A stretch of 64,000 nucleotides of DNA, from assembly GCA_044222475.1 (NCBI GenBank), contig JBGANF010000016.1:1-64000 (forward strand), read 5' to 3'. Under the pieces are notes generated by a model. The model did not search any database, was not told where the DNA came from, and saw only the letters and a program-made list of their open reading frames with translations. Shown piece after piece: positions 51,214 through 60,740 of the stretch (its first letter is position 1; each line of letters starts with the position of its first letter). A program made the translations under genes and the position numbers. The stretch is from Polyangiaceae bacterium (GTDB lineage: Bacteria > Myxococcota_A > Polyangia > Polyangiales > Polyangiaceae).

Positions 51214-52418
51214 GGATTCGGCTCGGAGCGCTCTCGCTCGCGCTCGCCGCGGCGGCGGCTTCCGCGTGTTACATCGACACCGGCAGCGGCGTCGTGGCGG
51301 TCCAGCCGATGGAGCTCGACACTGCCGCGTGGAACCTCGGCAACGCCGACTTCGGGACGATAGCGTCCGCCGTCGACCTCGACGATCAGCTGATCGTGTA
51401 CTCGAGCAAGGGGATGTTCGTCCTCTCCGGTGGAGTCATCAGCGCGCAGGACAACACGGTCACCGCGTGGGCTCCGAACGCAGCGGCTGCGGTCCCCGCG
51501 TCCGACGGCAACGGCACGTGGGCGGTGGCGGTCGACGGCACCGGGACCCTGCAGCGCGTCTACGCCGCGTCGAAGCTCGACGCGGTCTCGGATCGCTACG
51601 GTCTGCTCGGCACCAAGGTGCGCGGCCTCGCGCGCGCATCGAGCCCGGACGCTCCGGGCGCGATCGCCTTCGCGCTCGACGGGGCGAGCGTCGCGTTCAC
51701 CGACGGCAAGGACGTGCAGCGCTACGACGTCGTGCTCACGCAGGTGTCCGCCGCGCCGTGGCGCATCGCCGGCCTCGCGCCCGACGGCGCGGTGGTCACG
51801 GTGAAGCTCGACCCGAAGAAGCCTGCCCACGACGGCACGGCGTTCAAGATCGTCCTCGACGACGTCCTCTCGACCGCGTTCGACGGCGACCGGCTCGTCA
51901 TCGAGGCGAAGCGCGCGCTCTACCGCGAGCGGCTCGACGGCACCTTCGACGTGGTCATGGATGCGGGCGAGGACCTTCACGGTCTCGCCGCGACGCCGAA
52001 CGGCGTTTGGTTCGGCGTCGGCGCGCGGTTGTGCCTCTACGACGGCGAGCTCCACTGCGCCGACGCGAGCCTCGACTCCACCGCGACGCTCGTCGGCTCC
52101 GCCCGCGGCGTCTACGCGATCGAGCAAGGCAAGATGCGCGCGCTCGAGCGAAAGGCCGGCGGAGCAGAAGGGCTCTGGCGCGCCCAGGTCCGGCCGGTCT
52201 TCGCCCGGGTCTGCAGCTCGTGCCACGCCCGCGGCGGCAGCTCGGGAATCGATCTCTCTTCCTACAAGGCGTGGGCGACGCGCGTCGCGCAGATCGACGA
52301 TCGCGTCCTCGTGAAGAAGAACATGCCGACCAACCAGACGCTGTCGGGGACCGACTACGACATCGTGCGCACGTGGGTGGACTGCCAGAAAGACGCGTCG
52401 AAGTGCCCGGCTCCGTGA
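51210..52418 (+). CDS. Lipoprotein, beta-propeller-like with C-terminal cytochrome c domain
   Basis: Lipobox ASAC; PVFARVCSSCH...MP...W; GTGA overlap. Confidence 0.75.
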   Translation: MRIRLGALSLALAAAAASACYIDTGSGVVAVQPMELDTAAWNLGNADFGTIASAVDLDDQLIVYSSKGMFVLSGGVISAQDNTVTAWAPNAAAAVPASDGNGTWAVAVDGTGTLQRVYAASKLDAVSDRYGLLGTKVRGLARASSPDAPGAIAFALDGASVAFTDGKDVQRYDVVLTQVSAAPWRIAGLAPDGAVVTVKLDPKKPAHDGTAFKIVLDDVLSTAFDGDRLVIEAKRALYRERLDGTFDVVMDAGEDLHGLAATPNGVWFGVGARLCLYDGELHCADASLDSTATLVGSARGVYAIEQGKMRALERKAGGAEGLWRAQVRPVFARVCSSCHARGGSSGIDLSSYKAWATRVAQIDDRVLVKKNMPTNQTLSGTDYDIVRTWVDCQKDASKCPAP

Positions 52419-52465
52419 GCGGGTGAGCGCAGCGCGGCGCGCGAAGACATTGTAGGCTTCGCGCC

Positions 52466-53812
52466 ATGAAGCTCCGACGTGCCATTCGACCCGTGGCTCT
52501 CGCTGTTTGTGCCTTTGCTGGCGGCGCCGCGATGGACCTCGTGACCGGCCGCAGCGCCGAAGCCACGCCTCAAGCGGAGAGCCCCTACGCGGCGATGGGT
52601 CAGCTAGGCCGCGTCCTCGTCACGGTCGAGAACGACTACGTCGACCCGGTGGACCGCGCGAAGATCGTCAACGGCGCGATCGCGGGCATGGTCGGCGAGC
52701 TCGATCCCCACTCGGCGTACATGAACCCGCAGGAGTACTCGGAGTTCCAGAACGACACCGAGGGGCAGTTCGGTGGGATCGGCGTCGAGGTCGACGCGCG
52801 CACCGACGGCATCACCGTTCTCCTCCCGATCGAGGGTGCGCCCGCCGAGAAGGCCGGGATCAAGAGCGGCGACAAGATCGTCGCGGTCGACGGGCAGAGC
52901 GTGCTCGCCGGCGGGATGGACAAGATCCTCAAGCGGATGCGCGGTACGCCTGGCACTCACGTCAAGCTCACGGTTCGGCGGCCGGGCGAGAAGGACCCTC
53001 TCGAGTTCGATCTCGTGCGCGAGATCGTCAAGGTCCCAAGCGTCCGCTCACAGGTCCTCAAGGGCAACATCGCCTATGTAAAGTGCAAGCAATTCCAGGA
53101 GCACACCCACGAGGAGCTCCTCAAGGCCATCGGCAAGCTGAAGGCCGAGGCGACCGGACCGCTCACTGGCGTGCTCTTCGACCTTCGCGCGAACCCCGGC
53201 GGCCTCGTCGACCAAGCCGCCGCGGTCGCCGACGAGTTCCTCGCGTCGGGCACCATCTACTCGATGCGCCACCGCGGTACCGTGATCGACGAGACGTCGG
53301 CCCACTCGGGTGGCGCGTTCGTGGACCTTCCCGTCGTCGTCCTCGTCAGCGAGTGGAGCGCGAGCGCCTCCGAGTTGGTCGCCGGCGCGCTTCAAGATCA
53401 CAAGCGAGCGCTGATCGTCGGCGTGCGCACGTTCGGCAAGGGGAGCGTGCAGACGATCCTCGACCTGCCGAACGGCGCCGGCATGCGCCTCACGACCGCG
53501 CGCTACTACACGCCGAGCGGCCACGGCATCCAGGCCGACGGCGTTCACCCCGACGTTCTCGTCGAGCCGGAGGGCGGCGCGAAGGCGCCGTCGCTTCGCG
53601 AGTCGGATCTCGACAACGCGCTCGCCCCGCAGGGCGCGAGCCAAGCCGACGCCGGCGCCGTCGTCACCTACTCGCTCGACGGCGGCGTGATCGACCCGCT
53701 GTCCGTTCGGATCGTTCCCACCGATCCTTCGACCTCGCAGGATCCGGTGCTCAAAGTCGGCTACGAGCTCTTGCGGGACAAGCTCGTCGGTCACGGCCCT
53801 CTGGTGAAGTGA
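52466..53812 (+). CDS. Carboxy-terminal processing protease (S41A, PDZ domain)
   Basis: LDPHS, FGGIG, DLRANPGG, SASASE, TFGKGSVQ. Confidence 0.95.
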   Translation: MKLRRAIRPVALAVCAFAGGAAMDLVTGRSAEATPQAESPYAAMGQLGRVLVTVENDYVDPVDRAKIVNGAIAGMVGELDPHSAYMNPQEYSEFQNDTEGQFGGIGVEVDARTDGITVLLPIEGAPAEKAGIKSGDKIVAVDGQSVLAGGMDKILKRMRGTPGTHVKLTVRRPGEKDPLEFDLVREIVKVPSVRSQVLKGNIAYVKCKQFQEHTHEELLKAIGKLKAEATGPLTGVLFDLRANPGGLVDQAAAVADEFLASGTIYSMRHRGTVIDETSAHSGGAFVDLPVVVLVSEWSASASELVAGALQDHKRALIVGVRTFGKGSVQTILDLPNGAGMRLTTARYYTPSGHGIQADGVHPDVLVEPEGGAKAPSLRESDLDNALAPQGASQADAGAVVTYSLDGGVIDPLSVRIVPTDPSTSQDPVLKVGYELLRDKLVGHGPLVK

Positions 53813-53818
53813 GGTGAG

Positions 53819-54862
53819 ATGATGCTGCTCCACGACGTTCGCGACCGCGCGTTTCGGCGAATCATGAAGCTGCCCGACCGATGGCTCGGCCGGGCCGTCG
53901 GTGCTCCGGTTCAGCTCGACGGACAGACCCTCGACGTCCAGACGCAGATGATGCTCGCCGCCGCGAAGCTCGCTGGGGTGAAGGACGAGGACGACGTCGG
54001 TCGAGCGCGCCGGGCGATGGACCGCGACATCGAGGCGGTCGCACCGCCCGCAGTGCCGATGAAGCGCGAGCGCGATTTCCGCGTCGACATCGGTGGCGGG
54101 GTCTCGCTCCCGGCGCGCTTGTACGTGCCGAAGACCGCAGCGACCGAGCCGCCGCTCCTCCTGTTCTTCCACGGCGGCGGGTTCGTGTGCGGGAGCATTC
54201 GATCGCACGACGCCGGGGTGCGGGAGCTCGCGCACGAGAGCGGAGTCGCGATGCTCTCGCTCGAGTACCGGCTCGCGCCGGAGCACAAAGCCCCGACGGG
54301 TCCCGAGGACGGCTTTCGGGCGCTGGAGTGGGCACGCGCGAACGCGGCGTCCCTCGGCGTCGATGGTCGGCGCATCGGCGTCGGTGGCGACTCTGCCGGT
54401 GGCAACCTCAGCGCCGTCGTCAGCCACATGTGCCGAGAGCGGCAAGTGCCGCAGCCGTGGGTTCAGCTGCTCATCTACCCGGCGGTGGACCTCACGTGCT
54501 CCGCAGAGTCCCATCGCACGTTCGCGACGGGGTTCTTCCTCGAGGAGCAGCGCATCGAGTGGTACCTCCACCACTACGTCTCCAACGACGCCGAGCGCAC
54601 CGCGCCCCACGTGTCGCCGATCTTCGAGAACACGTTTCGCGGGCTCGCGCCGGCGATCGTCGTGACCGCTGGCTTCGACCCGCTGCGCGACGAAGGCGCG
54701 GCCTACGCCGACAAGCTCCGCGAGGCCGACGTCTCGACGGTCTACCGGTGCGAGCGCGGGCTCATCCACGGGTTCTTCAACATGACCGGTGTCGTTCGCG
54801 AAGCGCGCGCGGCCCAGCTTCGGATGGCCGAGGATCTGCGCCGCGCGTTTGCGCGAGCCTGA
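53819..54862 (+). CDS. HSL-family esterase/lipase
   Basis: HGGGF, YRLAPE, GDSAGG, DPLRDE, HGF. Confidence 0.93.
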   Translation: MMLLHDVRDRAFRRIMKLPDRWLGRAVGAPVQLDGQTLDVQTQMMLAAAKLAGVKDEDDVGRARRAMDRDIEAVAPPAVPMKRERDFRVDIGGGVSLPARLYVPKTAATEPPLLLFFHGGGFVCGSIRSHDAGVRELAHESGVAMLSLEYRLAPEHKAPTGPEDGFRALEWARANAASLGVDGRRIGVGGDSAGGNLSAVVSHMCRERQVPQPWVQLLIYPAVDLTCSAESHRTFATGFFLEEQRIEWYLHHYVSNDAERTAPHVSPIFENTFRGLAPAIVVTAGFDPLRDEGAAYADKLREADVSTVYRCERGLIHGFFNMTGVVREARAAQLRMAEDLRRAFARA

Positions 54863-54865
54863 GCC

Positions 54866-55588
54866 TCAGCCCGGGCCGCCACTGCCGCTGTCGGTCGAGC
54901 CGTCGGATTTCTGGTCCGGCTTCGCGTCGAAGCTTGCGCTGTCGGGAGGGAACGAGCTGTCGGCCGCGTCGAAGAGCTTCCCGTCCGTGCTCGTTCCGTC
55001 GAGCCCCACGGCGTCGACGAACGTCGCGTCCTTGCCGGCCTCGCGCGGGGACTCGGCGTCTCGGCACGTGTTGTCGATCGTGCAGTCGGGCGTGACGCCC
55101 ACGCACACCCCGTCCACGCAGGTCTCGTTCGCGTTCGCGCACTTCACACCGGCGCACTTGAGCGACAGGTGAATGGGCAGATCGAGCGCAGTGTGTGGGA
55201 TGTAGCGGAGGACGCGCTTGGCGATGATGCAGTTGCCGGGGTTTTGAGTGTCGCAATCGACGGACTTGATGAACGGGAGCGCAGGGTTGCTCCGCGACGC
55301 GACCGCGACCTCGATCGCGACTTGATCGTCCACGCTCTTGCTCGGGACGATCGCGAGCGTTCCGATCGCGCCGGCCTTGCAGTCCGGGGCGACGACCGCG
55401 CTGGATGCGTTCGACTCGACGGAGGCCGACGTCCCGACGCGGATCGCGACACCACCCGCGAGCGCCACCTCGTTGCACGGCACGTCGGTCGTGATCGAGA
55501 TCGTGATCTCGGTCGGCTCGCGGCACGCGGCAGCCAGGATCGTCGCGCCGACCCAACCCGCGGCGACGGCAAATCGAAGCCATTTCAT
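54866..55588 (-). CDS. Cys-rich lipoprotein paralog C (N-domain only)
   Basis: CREPTEITISITTDVPC...CIIAKRVLRYIPH; ends in a low-complexity tail. Confidence 0.8.
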   Translation of the reverse strand: MKWLRFAVAAGWVGATILAAACREPTEITISITTDVPCNEVALAGGVAIRVGTSASVESNASSAVVAPDCKAGAIGTLAIVPSKSVDDQVAIEVAVASRSNPALPFIKSVDCDTQNPGNCIIAKRVLRYIPHTALDLPIHLSLKCAGVKCANANETCVDGVCVGVTPDCTIDNTCRDAESPREAGKDATFVDAVGLDGTSTDGKLFDAADSSFPPDSASFDAKPDQKSDGSTDSGSGGPG

Positions 55589-55610
55589 GCTGCCAGCATA
55601 CCGCATCCCG

Positions 55611-57149
55611 TCACTTCGCGACCATGTGGGGGATGCCGTCCTGAAGGAAATAGACGGCCTTGTCGTCGACGTCGATGCAGACCCGCGTACCCAGCGCGTT
55701 CAGCGGCAGCGACGACACGATGACGCGGGTGGGCGGTGCCGTCGTCTTGCGCGCGAAGATGGAGTACTTCCCCGGCGTCCCTTCGACCCAGTAGAGCGTA
55801 TCGGTGAGTGCGTCGTGGACCATCCCGAGGATGGGGTTTCCCTGCCCAGCGAAGAGGTTCTGAGGAACGGGCACGGCCGGGGGCTGTGCGACCGCGGACC
55901 AGACTTCCTTGCCGATGTCGAAGTAGTAGGTGTCGGTCCCGCGGCGGGAAGTGATCCAGTTGGAGGTTCCGGCCGCGAGGCCTACGGTCTGGTTGTCGTT
56001 CGCTCCGTTGGCGATGGATCCCACGTGGAGTTTTCCGCTCGTGAGCGCCGCCCAGGTCGTCGCCCCGGTGGCCACGGTGTCCGCCGCGGTCGACGTGTTC
56101 TGCGCCGCACCCGAGCAGGTGATCAAACTCGACCGAAGCATGCAGAACTTGTCGGCGTCGTTGCGGGAGATCCAGCGGATCGAGGGTACGATCGTTCCGG
56201 AGCCGATCGCCGGAGGAACCACGTGCACGAGGTAACCGGTCGGCGCCACGGGCGGCACCGAAGCCACGTAGCTCGCGCTGTTGGGGCTCGCGGCGACGTT
56301 CTGCGCGGTTCCGATCGGCGACGGCTCGTTCGTGGCGTAGGTCGTCGCGCCGACCTTGGGTGCGGTGTAGCCATGACCGACCGTCCCGTCGAAGCCCGTC
56401 CAGACGACGTGGCTCTTGGTGAGCGCGAGACATCCATCGAGCTGGGAAAGCGCCGGAGCGGGGACGACCTTGCACACGCCGGCGACGCAGACGTTCGAAG
56501 GACAAACGAAGCCGCACTTGCCGCAGTTCTTCGGATCGTTCGTGAGGTCCCCCGAGCAGCCGCCATCGCTCTGGGCATCGGCCGGGATCGCGGCGTCCTT
56601 CGTCGGGCCGGCGTCGACCGGCGGCGCCGGAGGGCTGCAGCCGCTCTCCGTGCACTGGATCTGCGCGTCGGCGCACGTGCCCTCGACGCAGGTCTGCGTG
56701 CTCGGGCACCGGACGCCGGCGCAGGTCGTCGAGAGCTTGACCGGGAGCGGCAGCGTGGTGTGCGACACGTAGCGGAGCACGCGCCGCGCGAGCACGCAGT
56801 TCCCCGGCGCGGCGGCGGAGCAATCCGTCGACCGGGTCTGGGTGACCGGAGCGATCTTGGTCGCGACCGAGAGGAGGATCGCGACTTGGTCGTCGCTCCC
56901 GCTCGGCACGATCGCGAGCGACCCGATGGTACCGTTCGCTGCGCAGCTCGTGGCCTCCAGGCGCGTGGTCGGTGAGTCGTCGACGGTCGCTGGCGTACCC
57001 ACGCGGATGGCGACTCCACCAGCGGACGCGACGTCGCTACACGGAACGTCGGTCGTGATCTCGAGGAGGATCTGCGTCGGCTCGCGGCAGCTCAGTGCCA
57101 CGAGGAAGGGCGCGATCGCGACGGCTAGGAGGAGTGCTTTCCGTACCAT
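55611..57149 (-). CDS. Cys-rich lipoprotein paralog B
   Basis: CREPTQILLEITTDVPC...; DPKNCGKCG repeat; beta-propeller-like C-terminus. Confidence 0.8.
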   Translation of the reverse strand: MVRKALLLAVAIAPFLVALSCREPTQILLEITTDVPCSDVASAGGVAIRVGTPATVDDSPTTRLEATSCAANGTIGSLAIVPSGSDDQVAILLSVATKIAPVTQTRSTDCSAAAPGNCVLARRVLRYVSHTTLPLPVKLSTTCAGVRCPSTQTCVEGTCADAQIQCTESGCSPPAPPVDAGPTKDAAIPADAQSDGGCSGDLTNDPKNCGKCGFVCPSNVCVAGVCKVVPAPALSQLDGCLALTKSHVVWTGFDGTVGHGYTAPKVGATTYATNEPSPIGTAQNVAASPNSASYVASVPPVAPTGYLVHVVPPAIGSGTIVPSIRWISRNDADKFCMLRSSLITCSGAAQNTSTAADTVATGATTWAALTSGKLHVGSIANGANDNQTVGLAAGTSNWITSRRGTDTYYFDIGKEVWSAVAQPPAVPVPQNLFAGQGNPILGMVHDALTDTLYWVEGTPGKYSIFARKTTAPPTRVIVSSLPLNALGTRVCIDVDDKAVYFLQDGIPHMVAK

Positions 57150-57156
57150 GACGAGC

Positions 57157-58767
57157 CTATTTGGGGATCCGCCACGGCGCGCCGCCGGACATGTAGTAGA
57201 CGGCGTCGTCGTCGACGTCGACGCAGACGATCGGTCCGAGCTGGTCCACGATCTCGGTGCGGAGGATGGGCGACTGGTTCGACGGTATCGGCGTGCCCGT
57301 GTACGTGAGCTTCCGGATCGTCGCCTTGTTGACGTTGGTCTCCACGAAGTACAGCGTCCCCTTCGAGTCGAGGCGAAGGCCGCGCACCTGATCGACGCCG
57401 GCCCAGATCTCGGTGAAGTTGCCGCCGCCCGACGAGACGAGGATCTTCGTGCCCGAGGCGGCGTAGATCTGGTCGGCTCCACGGACGACGGTCACCGTCC
57501 GGGTCTGCGCCAATGGGACCTTCTGCTGGAGCGTCCCGTTGAAGGTCCCCGGTTGGATCGCGGCGTTCGGCGTCTCCGGTTCGAGGAGGACGGCCCAGAG
57601 GTTCTGACCGACGACGACCGGGCCGACGTTGATCGCGCCGGACAGGGGCGTCTTGGTGAACTTGCCGGTGCAGCTCACGTACGGCACGCTACCCTGTCGG
57701 TAGCTGAAGCACTGCGTGCCGACGTCGCTTCGCCCGACCCAGCCGTTCGCATCGGGCAAGGTGAGGTCGAACGTGGTCCCCGCAACCGGAGGCAGCGCGC
57801 CCGAGTACTCGCGACCGAGCGAGTTGGTCGCCGTGCGGCCGACGAAGCTGAGCTGCCCACCGCCGGACTCGATCGGTCCCACGACGGTGAGGCCGGTGAA
57901 CTTGTTTGCGATGCCGCCGCTTCGCTGCGTCCAGCTGGCGGCGCTCGTGGTGGTCCACCCGACGATCGCCCCAGCGACCGCGATGCAGGCGTCGCCGACG
58001 GCGGTTCCGGTCGCGAGCTTGCACGCACCGGCGACGCACGTCCCCGTGCAGACCAGCCCGCACGCGCCGCAGTTGGACGAATCGGTCAGGAGGTCGACGC
58101 ACTTGCCGTTGCAGCTCTGCAGCGGCGCCGTGCACGCGATCGGGGAGTCGATGAATGCGTCGGGCAACTTCACGTCGAGCGAGACGTCGGGCGGGCTTCC
58201 GTCGAGCATGGGCCCGCCGTCGGGACTCGGCGGCGGGAGACTGCACGGCTCGTTCGGCGGGCACTCGGGGACGGCGCCTTGGCAGACTCCCTCGATGCAC
58301 GTCTGGGAAGGATCGTCGCAGGTGACGCCGGCGCACTTGAGCGAGAGGTGAATCGGGAGGCTCAGCGCCGTGTGCGGGATGTAGCGGAGGACCCGCTTCG
58401 CGACGATGCAGTTCTTGGGGTCCTTCGGATCGCAGTCGACGGACTTGTTCACCACGACCGGTGCGCTTCGCGACGCAACGACGACTTGGATGGAGACTTG
58501 GTCGTCGTCGCTGCCGCTCGGGATGATCGCGAGCGTGCCGATGTTGCCGTTGCCGGTGCAGTCGGGCGCCACGATCGAGCTCGCGGTGTTGGACGCCATG
58601 GCGGCGGACGAGCCGATGCGCAACGCGACGCCGCCGGCTTGGGCGACGTCCGAGCACGCGACGTCGGTCGTGATCGCGAGCGTGATCTGCGTCGGCTCAC
58701 GGCACGACGCCACGAGGACAAGGAAGCCCGCCGCCCCCGCGGAGAGCCCGAAGCGAAGCCAGTGCAT
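57157..58767 (-). CDS. Cys-rich lipoprotein paralog A
   Basis: CREPTQITLAITTDVAC...; DSSNCGACG repeat; beta-propeller-like C-terminus. Confidence 0.8.
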   Translation of the reverse strand: MHWLRFGLSAGAAGFLVLVASCREPTQITLAITTDVACSDVAQAGGVALRIGSSAAMASNTASSIVAPDCTGNGNIGTLAIIPSGSDDDQVSIQVVVASRSAPVVVNKSVDCDPKDPKNCIVAKRVLRYIPHTALSLPIHLSLKCAGVTCDDPSQTCIEGVCQGAVPECPPNEPCSLPPPSPDGGPMLDGSPPDVSLDVKLPDAFIDSPIACTAPLQSCNGKCVDLLTDSSNCGACGLVCTGTCVAGACKLATGTAVGDACIAVAGAIVGWTTTSAASWTQRSGGIANKFTGLTVVGPIESGGGQLSFVGRTATNSLGREYSGALPPVAGTTFDLTLPDANGWVGRSDVGTQCFSYRQGSVPYVSCTGKFTKTPLSGAINVGPVVVGQNLWAVLLEPETPNAAIQPGTFNGTLQQKVPLAQTRTVTVVRGADQIYAASGTKILVSSGGGNFTEIWAGVDQVRGLRLDSKGTLYFVETNVNKATIRKLTYTGTPIPSNQSPILRTEIVDQLGPIVCVDVDDDAVYYMSGGAPWRIPK

Positions 58768-58798
58768 CCTGCAAGGATAGCCGTCCCTGCGCGAACGC

Positions 58799-59557
58799 CT
58801 AGACGAGACGTCCGAGAAACGCCTTCGTGTCGTACCGGAAGGTCACCTTCCCCGACATCGCGTACTCGTCGAACATGCGGTCGAGGGCGACGCGGAACGT
58901 TTCGTGGGCCGGGCCCGACTTCGGGACGTACGACGACGAGAACACGCGACCGAAGAACGCATCTCGATCGAATACTTGCTCGTTCTTCGCCACGATCTCG
59001 AGCGGCTTCTCGGGAGCGAAAAACTCGACGATCTTGGCGTAGGCATTGCGGTGCTCGACCTCGGCGTAGTCCGGCGATTCACGTTGGAGGAGAGCTTCGT
59101 ACGCAGCGAGGAACGGCGTGTCGGCGAGACGTTCGTTCCACACCAGCGCGACGAGGCCGTCCGGTTTCAGGATGCGCTTCATCTCGACGCGCGTCTTCGT
59201 CGGGTCGAACCAGTGGAACGCCTGGAAGGCGACCACCGCGTCGACCGACCGATCGGCCAGCGTCGTCGCTTCGGCGCTGCCGGGGACGCTGTGGAAAAAC
59301 GGAGACCGGCCGAGCTCGGCCTCGGCCGCCTGCCGCATCGGCTCGTTCGGCTCGACGGCGTACACCGTGATCCCCCGCTCGACGAAGAGCTTCGCCGATA
59401 TCCCCGTGCCGCTCCCGAGATCGGCGATGGCGGAGCCCGGTCCGAGCGTGAGCTTCGCGACGAGCTGATCGAGGAGCGGCGCGGGGTACGTCGGCCGATG
59501 GCGGACGTAGTCGGCGACGCGGTTCGAGAATCGTTCGGTGACGTCGGGGAGGGCCAT
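58799..59557 (-). CDS. Class I SAM-dependent methyltransferase
   Basis: RPTYP, ADLGSGTG, VEPN, QAFHWFD. Confidence 0.9.
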   Translation of the reverse strand: MALPDVTERFSNRVADYVRHRPTYPAPLLDQLVAKLTLGPGSAIADLGSGTGISAKLFVERGITVYAVEPNEPMRQAAEAELGRSPFFHSVPGSAEATTLADRSVDAVVAFQAFHWFDPTKTRVEMKRILKPDGLVALVWNERLADTPFLAAYEALLQRESPDYAEVEHRNAYAKIVEFFAPEKPLEIVAKNEQVFDRDAFFGRVFSSSYVPKSGPAHETFRVALDRMFDEYAMSGKVTFRYDTKAFLGRLV

Positions 59558-59567
59558 GACACGCGCC

Positions 59568-60740
59568 TCAACTGGCCAAGGTCATCTTGGGGCCGATCGC
59601 CGCGGCGGCAAGCCCGGCCGCGGTGCCCGATGCGAGCGCATCGAGCCACGTTCGCGGACGCCCCGCGAGCACGTCGCCGGCGACGTGCACGCCGGGATCG
59701 ATCGCGCGCGCGCTCTCGGCGAGGACGCCGACCCGCTCGAGCACGGTCGTGCTGCCGTAGGGGAGGGCGAGCTCCTCGGGGGCGATGCCGAACATCGAAC
59801 CTGGTACCAAAAAGGGATGACCGTCGACGCCGATCGCGAGCGCGCTCTCGATCGACAGCGAGAACGTCGGGCGCGGGTGGGGCGGGAGTGCGGTCGCGGC
59901 GATCGCCGCGCTGGGCGTGTAGACGATCCCGCCGGCCGCGACGCCGCCGATCGCGACGACGACCGAGCTCGCGCGAATCACGTCGCCGTTGGCGAGGGTC
60001 ACGAACAGCCCGTCGTCGTCGCGCGAGAGCGCGGCCACGCGGCCGCGGGAGACGAGGACGCTCGCCTTGGCGAGCGCGGCGTCGCGCGAGTGGACGAACC
60101 GCTCGCCGGAGGGCCCTGCGGGATCCCCGAGCACCTCGCCGCAGGGAACGCCGACGATCTCGCTCAGCATCGCCGCTCGCGACTCGCGCGCGCCGAGCCA
60201 CGGCGGAAGCGCGACGGCGCTCGCGGCGGGCGGGAGAGCTTCCTTGAGCCTCGCGCCGAGCGTGCGCAGGCGCTCGGGATCGTCGTGACGGCCGGCGAGC
60301 TCGACGTCCCCCATGGCGTGCTCGGCCTCGCCCTGGAGGAGCGAGACCTTGCCCGAGACGAAGCGGATCTTCCGTTCGCTCGCGATGGGCGACGCGTCCC
60401 AGTGGCGCGCGAGGAGCGCTCCCCGCCAGCGCGGGTGCGACGAGTCGGGCACGAAGACGGTGGAGTCGCTGCGAAGCCGAAGGACGGCTCGGTCCGCCCC
60501 GGACGCGCGGCGAAGCAGGCCGGCGGTGGTCGCGAGGATCGTCTCGCCGAGCTCGACGTTGCCGAGCGCCGCGAGCACCGCGCGTGCGTCGTCACCGAGC
60601 GAGGCGTCGCCGTCGACCGCACCGGACGAGAGCGCGGTCGCGCCGGGGCCACCGTCGATCAAGCGCACCGCCGCGTGTCGCGCCGCTGCTGCGAGCGCTG
60701 CCGCCGTGCCGGCGATCCCGCCACCGAGGACGACGATCAT
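59568..60740 (-). CDS. FAD-binding protein, GlpB-like
   Basis: IVVLGGGIAG, GATALSSG..D; ATGA-coupled to the glpA-like gene. Confidence 0.7.
   Translation of the reverse strand: MIVVLGGGIAGTAAALAAAARHAAVRLIDGGPGATALSSGAVDGDASLGDDARAVLAALGNVELGETILATTAGLLRRASGADRAVLRLRSDSTVFVPDSSHPRWRGALLARHWDASPIASERKIRFVSGKVSLLQGEAEHAMGDVELAGRHDDPERLRTLGARLKEALPPAASAVALPPWLGARESRAAMLSEIVGVPCGEVLGDPAGPSGERFVHSRDAALAKASVLVSRGRVAALSRDDDGLFVTLANGDVIRASSVVVAIGGVAAGGIVYTPSAAIAATALPPHPRPTFSLSIESALAIGVDGHPFLVPGSMFGIAPEELALPYGSTTVLERVGVLAESARAIDPGVHVAGDVLAGRPRTWLDALASGTAAGLAAAAIGPKMTLAS
59804..59818. repeat. Dispersed palindrome copy GTACCAAAAAGGGAT
   Basis: Variant; codons CAT CCC TTT TTG GTA CCA. Confidence 0.65.
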
